DNA of 27,704 bases from a virus, in the IMG/VR virus record IMGVR_UViG_3300040751_001853; one strand, 5' to 3'. A program made the translations under genes and the position numbers. Within the stretch, counting starts at the first letter, position 1. Each line of letters begins with the position of its first letter. Shown piece by piece: positions 15,872 through 25,576 of the stretch. The notes under the pieces are model-generated. The model did not search any database and was not told the origin of the DNA. It saw only the letters and a list, made by a program, of their open reading frames with translations.

Positions 15872-17368
15872 ATGCCAGCAATTATAACAAACAAATTTAG
15901 AATGAACAATGCGGAACAGTTTTCAGAATCGTTTTCTGAGGCTACTCCAACAGTTTACTATCTAGGAATAGGTAGAGCACAAGAATTTGGTACTTTAACA
16001 AGACCAGACGGAAGAACAGACTACGAAGGAACTGAAACTGCACCTATTACACCAGGTGATAGTGTATTAAACGAATTTAAAAACTTTGACGATTTATTAG
16101 CTGCTAAGAAAATTACAGCTTCAGATGTGTCTTTTGTAATACCAAGAAGAAACTGGACGTCTGGCACAGTTTATGATATTTACAGACACGACTATGAAGA
16201 ATATGTAACAGGCAGTACGTCAACAAGAGTAACTTCAAATAGTGGTGCAACTACTTTATTTGATTCAACTTTTTATGTTTTAACTTCAGATAGAAACGTT
16301 TACAAATGTTTAGATAATAATGGCGGTGGAACATCAACAGATCAACCATCTGGTACTTCTACTTCAGTTATTACAACTTCAGACGATTATAAGTGGAAAT
16401 ATATGTACACTTTATCGGCGTCACAACAAGCAAATTTCTTATCTACAGATTTTATGGGAGTTTCAACAGACTCAACTGTAAGTTCAGCTGCTGTTGATGG
16501 TGCCTTAGATGTAATTAAAATTAAAACTGCAGGATCAAGTTATACAGTTTCAGGTGGTGCAACATCAGGAACAATAACTGCTGTACCAATAAAAGGTGAT
16601 GGTACTGGTGGAGTTTGTTCAATTACTTTAACTTCAGGTGCAATTACAGCTGTTACAGTTACAACAAGAGGTACAGGATATACATCAGGCTATATTAGAA
16701 ACGCTGATATACTTACAGCAACAAACGCTGGTGGTGCTGGTTCAGGTGCCGAACTAGATGTTATTATTCCACCAAAAGGTGGTCACGGATTTAATGCTGT
16801 AGAAGAATTAGGTGGATTTTTTGTAATGTTAAATACAACACTAGAAGGAACTGAAAGTACAAATTCAGGAGACTTTACAGCTGCAAACGACTTTAGAAAA
16901 ATTACTTTAATTAAAGATCCAAACAACGCAAGTGGAACAGCTGCTTCAGCTGCAACATTAAGAGGAACATATGCAGTTAAAATTGCAAGTTCTCCAACAC
17001 CAGGAACATTTACTGCTGATGAAGAAATTAATCAAGCAACAACAGGTGCTGTTGGTAAAGTTGTTGAATGGGATTCTGTAAACGGTATTTTATATTACAT
17101 TCAGACAAGGCATAATGACGCTGGGGCTGATAGTGATGGAAATGTAACTGCCTTTTCAGGTGCAAATGTAATTACTGGTCAAGGCTCAAGTGCAACTGGT
17201 ACACCAGACACTTCAACTCAAACAGTTGATCAAGTTGTATTTACTTCTGGATATGCTGCTCCAGAATTACAACATGACTCAGGTGAAATTTTATATGTAG
17301 AGAACAGAACCAAAATTACTAGAGCAACCGATCAAACTGAAAACATCAAACTCATTATTGAGTTTTAA
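15872..17368 (+). CDS. gp8: Baseplate wedge subunit gp8
   Basis: MPAIITNKFR..NAEQF; VIPRRNWTSGTVYDIY; FYVLTSDRNVYKCLDN; YKWKYMYT; PKGGHG.NAVEELG; GEILYVENR...QTENIKLIIEF. Confidence 0.9.
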   Translation: MPAIITNKFRMNNAEQFSESFSEATPTVYYLGIGRAQEFGTLTRPDGRTDYEGTETAPITPGDSVLNEFKNFDDLLAAKKITASDVSFVIPRRNWTSGTVYDIYRHDYEEYVTGSTSTRVTSNSGATTLFDSTFYVLTSDRNVYKCLDNNGGGTSTDQPSGTSTSVITTSDDYKWKYMYTLSASQQANFLSTDFMGVSTDSTVSSAAVDGALDVIKIKTAGSSYTVSGGATSGTITAVPIKGDGTGGVCSITLTSGAITAVTVTTRGTGYTSGYIRNADILTATNAGGAGSGAELDVIIPPKGGHGFNAVEELGGFFVMLNTTLEGTESTNSGDFTAANDFRKITLIKDPNNASGTAASAATLRGTYAVKIASSPTPGTFTADEEINQATTGAVGKVVEWDSVNGILYYIQTRHNDAGADSDGNVTAFSGANVITGQGSSATGTPDTSTQTVDQVVFTSGYAAPELQHDSGEILYVENRTKITRATDQTENIKLIIEF

Positions 17369-17384
17369 TAGGGGAAAATAGATA

Positions 17385-20300
17385 ATGCCAAGTTCAACTG
17401 ATTTTAATGTCAGTCCTTACTATGACGATTTTACAGAGTCAAAAAAGTTTCACAGAATACTTTTTAGACCTGCTTTTGCTGTTCAGGCTAGAGAATTAAC
17501 TCAATCACAAACTCAATTACAAAATCAAATAGAAAGATTATCGGATCACCTTTTCGACAAAGGTGCAATGATTATTCCAGGTGAAATTGGATATGACTTA
17601 AAATATTATGCTGTTAAGTTAACATCTAAATCTGCTTCAAATTTAACAGATTATGTTGGAACAACTTTAACAGGCAATACTTCAGGCGTTACTGCAAAAG
17701 TAGTTAATTCTGTTGCAACTGATGGAACTGATCCAGATACATTATTTGTAAAATATTTTAATACAAATAGTACTGACAATACAACAATTACCTTTTCAGA
17801 TGGTGAAACCTTAACATCTGATGGTTCAGGCAATCCAACTGTAGTTGTTAATACTACGGCAACAGGTTCAGCTGCACAAATACAAGAAGGTGTTTATTAT
17901 ATAAATGGATACCATGTACAAGTTTCAGGACAAACTTTAATATTAGAAAAATATTCAAGTACACCATCATATAGAGTTGGTTTAACAGTTACAGAGTCTT
18001 TTGTAACTTCGGGTGATGATTCATCTTTAAATGATAATGCACAAGGTGTTTCTAATACAAATGCACCAGGTGCCCACAGATTTAAAATTCTTCTTACACT
18101 AACTAAAAAGGCATTAGCAAGTACTGAAGATAACAACTTTTATGAATTATTAAGATTATCTAGTGGTACACTACAAAATCAAGTAAGATCAACTGAATAT
18201 GCTGTATTAGAAGACACACTTGCTCGTAGAACATATGACGAGTCTGGTGATTACGTTGTAAAACCATTTGATATAGATATAAGAGAACATTTAATTTCAG
18301 GAAACAATAGAGGTATTTACACTTCAGGTAATGGTGGTGATGCTACTAAACTTGCAGTAGGTTTCTCTCCAGGAAAAGCATATGTTAAAGGATATGAAAT
18401 TGATACTATAGCAACAACATATGTTGATGTTGACAAGGCTAGAGATTTTGCAACACAAAATAATTTTAATACAAGATTCGATATAGGTAACTTTGTAAAT
18501 GTAACCAATGTTTATGGTTCTCCAGATATTGCTTCTACTTCAGGTGTTGAACCTTTTAAAGGTTTAACTTTACATAATGTGGCTACAAGTTCACGTGGTA
18601 CTGTAAATACAGGATCAGAATCTTCCATAACACAAATAGGAAGAGCAAAAAGTAGAGGTTTTGAATATTCGTCTGGTACTGCGTCAGCAAATATTTTTTC
18701 AAGTTCAAGTTTAACAAGTGCTATTTACAAACATTATCTTTTTGATATTGTTTTGTTTACTCATTTAAATATTAGAACAGCTCAATCATTTACAACTGGA
18801 GAAGTTGTAACTGGTGGAACTTCAGGTGCAACTGGTGTTGTACAAACACATTCTACAACTGAAAGTGCTACAATTACAGGTATTAGTCAAGCTGATCCTG
18901 CTGTAGTTACAGCAAACAATAATTTTAAAGAAGGTCAACAAGTTACAATTTCAAGTGTATCTGGTATGACTGAAGTTAATGGTAATGTTTATACAGTTAG
19001 AAACCCATCAGGTACAACATTTGAATTATATGACACAGACGGAACAACATCTATAGATTCATCAGCATTCACTGGTTATAGTTCAGGTGGAACAGCTGCA
19101 CATGGAGTTGTTGTAATTTCAAATGTACAAGGTGTATTTGTTACTGAAGAAACTATTACAGGTGGTACTTCAAGTAACACAGCTGTTATTCAATCAGATG
19201 CTGTAGGTTTAAAAGGCGTTACTGCATTTGATTTACCATCAGTTAAACAAATTGCAATGGCTGGTAGTCCAACGTTTACTGCTGATACAGCATTAGATGC
19301 TACAAATGGTGATAATTTTGTTTTAACTGGATCAATTGACGTTGGTTCAGGTTCTGCTGATGTACAAGGTATTAATACAAGATTTACTGAAGAATTAAAA
19401 GTTGGTGACTCAATTTCATTTACAAATGATAGTGGAAATATAGAAACAAAAATAGTAGAAGCTATTATTTCAAATTCAAGTTTAACATTATCAAGTGTAA
19501 CTTCAGCTGCTTCTACAAAAACAATTGTAACAAGAAGACGTGCAAAATCACAATCACCTGAAAAAAATGTTTCTATATTTAAATTACCTTACAGTAATAT
19601 TAAAACATTAAAAACAACTTCTAACAGTAATGCTTCAGATACAACATATACTTTTAGAAAACATGAAATTACATCTTTAACAGGAGATGGTATCGCAACT
19701 TTCTCAGCAGGTGTAAATGAAACGTTTGCTGATTTAACAGAAAGTGATTTCACATGTTCAATTACAAGTTTAGGTTCTGGTGGAACAGGTGCTGTAGGAG
19801 ACATTTTAAGTCTTTCTGGAAATAACCACGAAGGTACAGTAATATTTTCATTAAATGTTGCTAAAACTATTTTAACAATTGATTTCGGTGCTAACTATGC
19901 TTCACATGATATAAAAATTTTATTAACTTTAAATAAAACTGTTGGAACTTCCAAATCTAAATCATTAAGTTCAGGTGCAACAGTTTCTATTTCAGATCAA
20001 ACAACAATTGAAAGTGGAACAATAGGTTTAGCTAAGGCTGATGTTTATCAAATAAATGCAATTTATATGGCTGCTGATTTTAGTACAGTTGCAACTTCAA
20101 GTGATACAAATATTACAGACAGATTTGATTTAGATAATGGTCAAAGAGATAACTTCTATGACATTGGTAGAATTAAATTAAAAGATGGTGAAGTAACACC
20201 AACAGGTAGACTATTGATTGACTTTGATTATTTCACTCACAGTTCTGGTGATTACTTTGATGTTGACTCATATTCAGGAGTTATTGATTATGAAAATATT

Positions 20301-23300
20301 CCATCTTATACTTCTTCAGCAACAGGTGTAAGATATGAGTTAAGAGATAGTTTAGATTTTAGACCTAGAGTTGATGACGATTCAACTATAGACTCTGGTA
20401 ACCAAGATAGATCATTTGATGGTACTGGTAATTCAGTTGTAAATCCTATCAAATTTAATTCAGATATAAGATCAGATTTTGAATATTACTTAGGAAGAGT
20501 AGATAAAATATTTTTAGATAAAGATGGTAATTTTAAAGTTTTAAAAGGCGCAAGTTCAATTAATCCTAGAGTTCCTGGTACTTTAGATAATGCAATGCAT
20601 TTATACACATTGTACATACCGTCATATACTTTAGACACTTCGGAAGTTGGAATAGAACACGTTGATAATAAACGATATACAATGAGAGATATTGGTCGTA
20701 TAGAAAGTAGAATTGATACTGTAGAGTATTATACTCAACTTTCATTATTAGAAACAGCTGCACAAAATTTACAAATACAAGACTCAAATGGTTTTGATAG
20801 ATTTAAAAATGGTTTCGTAGTAGATAACTTTACAGGTCACAATATTGGAGATATAGGAAATAAAGATTATAAAGTTTCTATTGACTATGCAAAGGGTGAA
20901 ATGCGACCTACATTCCACGAAGATGCTATACAGTTAATTGAAAGAGATGATGACGGTACAGAAATTACTGCAGCTGATAGAACAACATCAAATTATCAAA
21001 AGACTGGTGACTTAATAACTTTACCATATACAGAAGCAACTTTAATAGATCAACCTTATGCAAGTAAGGCTATCAACGTCAATCCGTTTGGTGTATTTAC
21101 ATGGATAGGTTCAATAGAATTAACACCTCCAGGAGATGAATGGAAAGAAACAGAAAGAGCACCAGAACTTGTTATTAATAATCCTAATGGTAGTTGGGAT
21201 AACCTAACAAGACAAACTGGTAATAGTGGACAGTTATCTGAATTTCCTATGTCAACAGTTTGGAATTCATGGCAAGATACATGGACAGGAAGACCTATAG
21301 AAACTGAAAGAAGACGAGTTGGTACATACGAAAAAAGAGGTGGTCATGGTTGGAGAGTAATTGCAAAAGAAGAAGTAACTACTGCTCAACAAGTATCGCA
21401 AACAAGAACAGGAATTAGAGCAGTTGCAATACCAGAAACAGTAAGAACATCAATTGGTGATAGAGTTGTTTCTGTTGCATTTGTTCCTTTTATTAGAAGT
21501 AGAACATTAACATTTGTTGCAACAAGACTAAAACCAAATACAAAGGTTTATCCATTCTTTGATAATGTTGATATATCTTCATATGTAACACCTGATGGTG
21601 GTTCATTGGGTGGTAATTTAATTACAGATTCAAATGGTAGAGTTGAAGGTACTTTTGCAATACCTGATCCTAAAACTAGTTCAAATCCTAGATGGAGAAC
21701 AGGTCAAAGATTATTCAGATTAACAAGTTCTTCTTCAAATAGTTTAACAAATGCAAACGTAGAAACAGCTGCAAACGTTGAGTATGTTGCAAGAGGTTTA
21801 TTAGAAACTGTAAGAGAAACTATTTTATCAAGTAGAGAAGCTCGTGTTGAAATGAGAAGTGTTACCGAAACACAGTCTATTACAAGAACATCTACAAGAA
21901 CGGAAGAAAGACAAGTTGGTTACCACGATCCTTTAGCACAAACATTTTTAATTGATGATGAGGGTGGAGTATTCTTAACCTCAATTGATATATTCTTTAG
22001 TACGAAAGATAGTGCTATACCAGTTACAGTTCAAGTTAGAGATGTTGTTAATGGTTATCCAGGACAAAAAATATTACCATTCTCGGAAGTAACTTTAAAT
22101 CCTAGTGATGTAAATACAAGTACAGATGGTACTGTTGCAACTAAATTTACATTTTCAAGTCCAGTGTATATACAAAACAACGTAGAGTATTGTTTTGTTG
22201 TAATGGCTAACTCACAAGATTACAATGCTTACGTAGCAAGAATAGGTGAAACATCATTAGATTCAAATAGAACAATATCGGCTCAACCTTATGCTGGTGT
22301 ATTATTTAAATCTCAAAATGGTATGACATGGTCTGCTGAACAAAATGAAGATATGAAATTCAAATTGAGAAGAGCAGAATTTAGTCAAGTTACAGGTACA
22401 GTCACATTAACAAACGACACTTTATCTACAAGAACACTTAAAAATAATCCTTTAAGAACAACAAATGGCTCGTCAGTTATTAGAGTATTCCATCCAAATC
22501 ACGGTATGCACGGAACTGATAACAATGTTACGATTGCTGGTATACCAAGCGGAACTTATAATGGTATTGATACTACTACAGATCCAATTAATGGAACATA
22601 TACAAGCATTTCAAATGTAACTTTAGACAGTTATGATATAACTTTAGGTTCTGGTACAGCAACTGCAACAGGTGATATTGGTGGTGCTACAGTTACAGCA
22701 ACTCAAAATAGAACATTTGATGTTTTAAATTTAGGTGGTATTCAAACAATGAATGTACCTGGCACAACTATAGATTATTTTGTAAGAACATCTACAGGTA
22801 AATCAGTACACGGATCAGAAACACAATTTACATTGACATCAGCTGCAAATAAACTTGCCGTTGTACATAATGATAACTTATTTTTCACATCACCTCAAAT
22901 GGTTGCAAGTGAAATAAATGAGTCAGGAGATACTGTATTAGGTGTTGCAGCAAAAGGTGTTGGCAAATCTTTCTATACAATATTAGAAATGACAACTACA
23001 AATACTAAACTTTCTCCTGTATTAGATACTCAAAGAATGAGTGCGTTTACAATTTCAAATAGATTAAATAGCCCTACTTCAAGCAATACTCCAGATTATC
23101 TTGCTGATACAAATAATTTAGGAACATCATCAGCTGCTGTGTATTGTACTAAACCAGTTATTTTAGAAAACAACTCTAAAGCATTAGACATAAGATTGAC
23201 TGCAAACATTAGAGCAACATCTGAAGTAGAGATGTATTTTAGAGTTTCAGGACCAGATGAAGAAAGACAACTTGACGATATAAGTTGGACACCATTTAAC

Positions 23301-23486
23301 ACAGACGGAAGTCCTGACGTATCAATAACACCTGCTGAGGATGATAGTACGTTTAGAGAATACAAATATTCAGCAACCGATATACACGACTTTACATCAT
23401 TCCAACTTAAAATAGTAATGAAAGGAACCAATTCATCATATCCACCTGTATTAAGAGATATGAGAGGAATTGCATTGGCTATCTAA
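17385..23486 (+). CDS. Giant virion structural protein, VrlC/DUF4815-like
   Basis: FNVSPYYDDF...RILFRP..AVQARELTQ.Q; APGAHR; LARRTYDESGDY; RYTMRDIG; DRFKNGFVVDNF; DPLAQTF; C-terminal F..FQLKIVM...PP..RD.R.IAL; 2033 aa directly after gp8. Confidence 0.85.
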   Translation: MPSSTDFNVSPYYDDFTESKKFHRILFRPAFAVQARELTQSQTQLQNQIERLSDHLFDKGAMIIPGEIGYDLKYYAVKLTSKSASNLTDYVGTTLTGNTSGVTAKVVNSVATDGTDPDTLFVKYFNTNSTDNTTITFSDGETLTSDGSGNPTVVVNTTATGSAAQIQEGVYYINGYHVQVSGQTLILEKYSSTPSYRVGLTVTESFVTSGDDSSLNDNAQGVSNTNAPGAHRFKILLTLTKKALASTEDNNFYELLRLSSGTLQNQVRSTEYAVLEDTLARRTYDESGDYVVKPFDIDIREHLISGNNRGIYTSGNGGDATKLAVGFSPGKAYVKGYEIDTIATTYVDVDKARDFATQNNFNTRFDIGNFVNVTNVYGSPDIASTSGVEPFKGLTLHNVATSSRGTVNTGSESSITQIGRAKSRGFEYSSGTASANIFSSSSLTSAIYKHYLFDIVLFTHLNIRTAQSFTTGEVVTGGTSGATGVVQTHSTTESATITGISQADPAVVTANNNFKEGQQVTISSVSGMTEVNGNVYTVRNPSGTTFELYDTDGTTSIDSSAFTGYSSGGTAAHGVVVISNVQGVFVTEETITGGTSSNTAVIQSDAVGLKGVTAFDLPSVKQIAMAGSPTFTADTALDATNGDNFVLTGSIDVGSGSADVQGINTRFTEELKVGDSISFTNDSGNIETKIVEAIISNSSLTLSSVTSAASTKTIVTRRRAKSQSPEKNVSIFKLPYSNIKTLKTTSNSNASDTTYTFRKHEITSLTGDGIATFSAGVNETFADLTESDFTCSITSLGSGGTGAVGDILSLSGNNHEGTVIFSLNVAKTILTIDFGANYASHDIKILLTLNKTVGTSKSKSLSSGATVSISDQTTIESGTIGLAKADVYQINAIYMAADFSTVATSSDTNITDRFDLDNGQRDNFYDIGRIKLKDGEVTPTGRLLIDFDYFTHSSGDYFDVDSYSGVIDYENIPSYTSSATGVRYELRDSLDFRPRVDDDSTIDSGNQDRSFDGTGNSVVNPIKFNSDIRSDFEYYLGRVDKIFLDKDGNFKVLKGASSINPRVPGTLDNAMHLYTLYIPSYTLDTSEVGIEHVDNKRYTMRDIGRIESRIDTVEYYTQLSLLETAAQNLQIQDSNGFDRFKNGFVVDNFTGHNIGDIGNKDYKVSIDYAKGEMRPTFHEDAIQLIERDDDGTEITAADRTTSNYQKTGDLITLPYTEATLIDQPYASKAINVNPFGVFTWIGSIELTPPGDEWKETERAPELVINNPNGSWDNLTRQTGNSGQLSEFPMSTVWNSWQDTWTGRPIETERRRVGTYEKRGGHGWRVIAKEEVTTAQQVSQTRTGIRAVAIPETVRTSIGDRVVSVAFVPFIRSRTLTFVATRLKPNTKVYPFFDNVDISSYVTPDGGSLGGNLITDSNGRVEGTFAIPDPKTSSNPRWRTGQRLFRLTSSSSNSLTNANVETAANVEYVARGLLETVRETILSSREARVEMRSVTETQSITRTSTRTEERQVGYHDPLAQTFLIDDEGGVFLTSIDIFFSTKDSAIPVTVQVRDVVNGYPGQKILPFSEVTLNPSDVNTSTDGTVATKFTFSSPVYIQNNVEYCFVVMANSQDYNAYVARIGETSLDSNRTISAQPYAGVLFKSQNGMTWSAEQNEDMKFKLRRAEFSQVTGTVTLTNDTLSTRTLKNNPLRTTNGSSVIRVFHPNHGMHGTDNNVTIAGIPSGTYNGIDTTTDPINGTYTSISNVTLDSYDITLGSGTATATGDIGGATVTATQNRTFDVLNLGGIQTMNVPGTTIDYFVRTSTGKSVHGSETQFTLTSAANKLAVVHNDNLFFTSPQMVASEINESGDTVLGVAAKGVGKSFYTILEMTTTNTKLSPVLDTQRMSAFTISNRLNSPTSSNTPDYLADTNNLGTSSAAVYCTKPVILENNSKALDIRLTANIRATSEVEMYFRVSGPDEERQLDDISWTPFNTDGSPDVSITPAEDDSTFREYKYSATDIHDFTSFQLKIVMKGTNSSYPPVLRDMRGIALAI

Positions 23487-23487
23487 T

Positions 23488-23709
23488 ATGACAAAATTAC
23501 AAGTTGAAGGGTTTGCAAGTTTAGTTAGAGATACAAGTTCTAACGCAATTGTAAATGTAAATAAATCTGATTATCAAATTTATATGAGTCGTTATAAAGG
23601 TAGAGAAAAACAAAATGATGTTTTAAGAGATACAGTAAAAGAGATAAATAATTTAAAAAGTGAATTATTTGAAATTAAAAAATTATTAAAAGAGGTAATT
23701 AAAAAATAA
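23488..23709 (+). CDS. Small conserved-type phage protein with C-terminal coiled coil
   Basis: Likely start ATG 23488 (MTKLQVEGFASLVRD...NAIVN), 1 nt after the upstream stop; EINNLKSELFEIKKLL heptads. Confidence 0.78.
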   Translation: MTKLQVEGFASLVRDTSSNAIVNVNKSDYQIYMSRYKGREKQNDVLRDTVKEINNLKSELFEIKKLLKEVIKK

Positions 23710-24527
23710 TGGCTGCAAGAACAATATCAGCAACACAAACACTCGAAGAATTTAGAACCGAGTTTAATGCTTTATCTGAAACAGATTTTGGAGATATAGC
23801 AACACTTGATTCTGGTATTAGTGCAACATCAGTAATTGGTGCTGTAAATGAGTTATATACTTCTATTTCTGGAAGTTTAGGTTTCGATATTACTGACGGC
23901 TCAAATACTGAAACAGTTTCTAATACTCAAACAATTACTTTTGCAAGTACAGCTAATCAAGTTACAGCTACAGTTTCAGCTACAGATACAGTTACATTTT
24001 CACTACCTAATGATGTTACAATTTCTGGCAATTTTATTGCAAATGGTTCAGGTACACATAAATTAGGCACTATTGATGTTTCTGGTAATACAATTAGTTC
24101 ATCAGATAGTTCATCAGTTACAGTAAATGACGGATTAACAGTTAATGGAACTATTACAACTAGTACAATAAACAGTACATCTGGAGAAGTTAATTTTGGA
24201 AGTAACAATATCATAACAACTGGTTACATATATACATCTACTGTAATTGCTTTTGAGGGGTCTACAGCAGATGATTTTGAAACAACATTAGGAGTTGTTG
24301 ATCCAACAGCAGATAGAGTTATTACTTTACCAGATGAAACTGGTACTGTAGTTACTACAGGTAGTACTGGTGTTATAACTGGAACAATGATTGCTTCAGA
24401 TACTATAGCCGAAGCAAATATGGCAGATGATGCTATTGGGCAAGATCAGTTAAAAAATGTAGTAACTTTGCAGATTTTAAACTCAACTGGAACAGTTGTA
24501 AAAACAATTTACGGCGCAGGAGCATAG
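23709..24527 (+). CDS. Short fibre-like virion protein
   Basis: TLEEFRTEFN N-terminus; Thr/Ser/Gly-rich; FEGSTADDFETTL...PTADRVITLPD.TGT; C-terminus shared with the 14188 fibre. Confidence 0.75.
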   Translation: MAARTISATQTLEEFRTEFNALSETDFGDIATLDSGISATSVIGAVNELYTSISGSLGFDITDGSNTETVSNTQTITFASTANQVTATVSATDTVTFSLPNDVTISGNFIANGSGTHKLGTIDVSGNTISSSDSSSVTVNDGLTVNGTITTSTINSTSGEVNFGSNNIITTGYIYTSTVIAFEGSTADDFETTLGVVDPTADRVITLPDETGTVVTTGSTGVITGTMIASDTIAEANMADDAIGQDQLKNVVTLQILNSTGTVVKTIYGAGA

Positions 24528-24530
24528 AGT

Positions 24531-24546
24531 TATAAATATATAAATA
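24531..24546 (+). promoter_or_regulatory. Tandem T4-type late promoters
   Basis: TATAAATA-TATAAATA direct tandem. Confidence 0.75.
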
Positions 24547-24604
24547 AGTAATAAGAGGTACTTACTGAAATGAAAGTGGTACCAAGAATAAAAATGGAGA
24601 AATT

Positions 24605-25546
24605 ATGGCAGTAAGAAAACCTTTATATGAAGTAAGTGGAAACTTACGAGAGATGGACACTACTATGGTCGATGCAATCGTAGCTAGAGCAGTTTATCAA
24701 TATTCATTAAGTCCTAGTGTTACTTTATCTGTTGTAGGTTCTGGTGGTAACATCGGAAGTATTACAGATACAAGAAAGCAAGCGGGTGCTCAATCAACAA
24801 GTACAACTTCAACACCTAGTGAAGCTACAACAGCAGAACCTAGTACAGTTACAGTAACATATGATAAAATTAGTTCAAGTAACGCTTCAGTAACACCTAC
24901 AAGTGATACTGGTAAAACTTGGCCTGTGTACTATAACGCAAGTGGTCAAATCCAAGCAATGACTTTGGCAGATGTAAAAGATACATTTTTACATCCTGCA
25001 ATTGACTTATTAGCTTCAGGTTCGTTAACATCATCACAAGCTGGAACATATCATATTTCAACTTCAGCTTCTGTCGCAGGTTCAACTGAAGTATCAGGAT
25101 CATCAACACCAATCTTTTCAGATACAAGAGCAGATACAGGTGCTTATTCAGCAGATTCAATTCCTGAAACACTTGACCAACCAACAACAGTTACAAACTA
25201 TTATTTACATAGAATTGATGGTGTAAGTGCTACATATACTGAACCGTTCTTTTTAGATGGTTCTAATAACGTTAAAGAATATACAACGGCTGCATTTGAC
25301 TCATTACTACAAGAATGGACTAGATATACAGCTGCTTCATCTACTGACGGTTATGCTTTAAGTTACACGTTAGGAACTACAGCAACAGGTAATACAAGAG
25401 GTTCTGGTATTGCAGATACTATTTTAAATGGTTCTGGTAACTATCAAACTCGTTTTGTAAACATTGATGATTATAGAGCACAAGAGTTTCCTGATGGTTC
25501 AGCAGTAACAGCTAACACATATTATTTACGAATTATAAAATCTTAA
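24605..25546 (+). CDS. Ser/Thr-rich putative virion protein with three internal repeats
   Basis: GGAG upstream, late promoter, structural amino-acid composition. Confidence 0.7.
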   Translation: MAVRKPLYEVSGNLREMDTTMVDAIVARAVYQYSLSPSVTLSVVGSGGNIGSITDTRKQAGAQSTSTTSTPSEATTAEPSTVTVTYDKISSSNASVTPTSDTGKTWPVYYNASGQIQAMTLADVKDTFLHPAIDLLASGSLTSSQAGTYHISTSASVAGSTEVSGSSTPIFSDTRADTGAYSADSIPETLDQPTTVTNYYLHRIDGVSATYTEPFFLDGSNNVKEYTTAAFDSLLQEWTRYTAASSTDGYALSYTLGTTATGNTRGSGIADTILNGSGNYQTRFVNIDDYRAQEFPDGSAVTANTYYLRIIKS

Positions 25547-25576
25547 TAAATAGATTTAAAAACTATATTATGAATT

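Noticed and set aside
23470-23487. Listed start 23470 for the small coiled-coil gene
   Set aside because: It overlaps the end of the giant gene; ATG 23488 directly follows that stop
10721-25187. Many 60-124-aa minus-strand ORFs inside gp6, gp7, the fibres and the VrlC-like gene
   Set aside because: Antisense shadows produced by biased Thr/Gly/Ser codons; no independent expression signals
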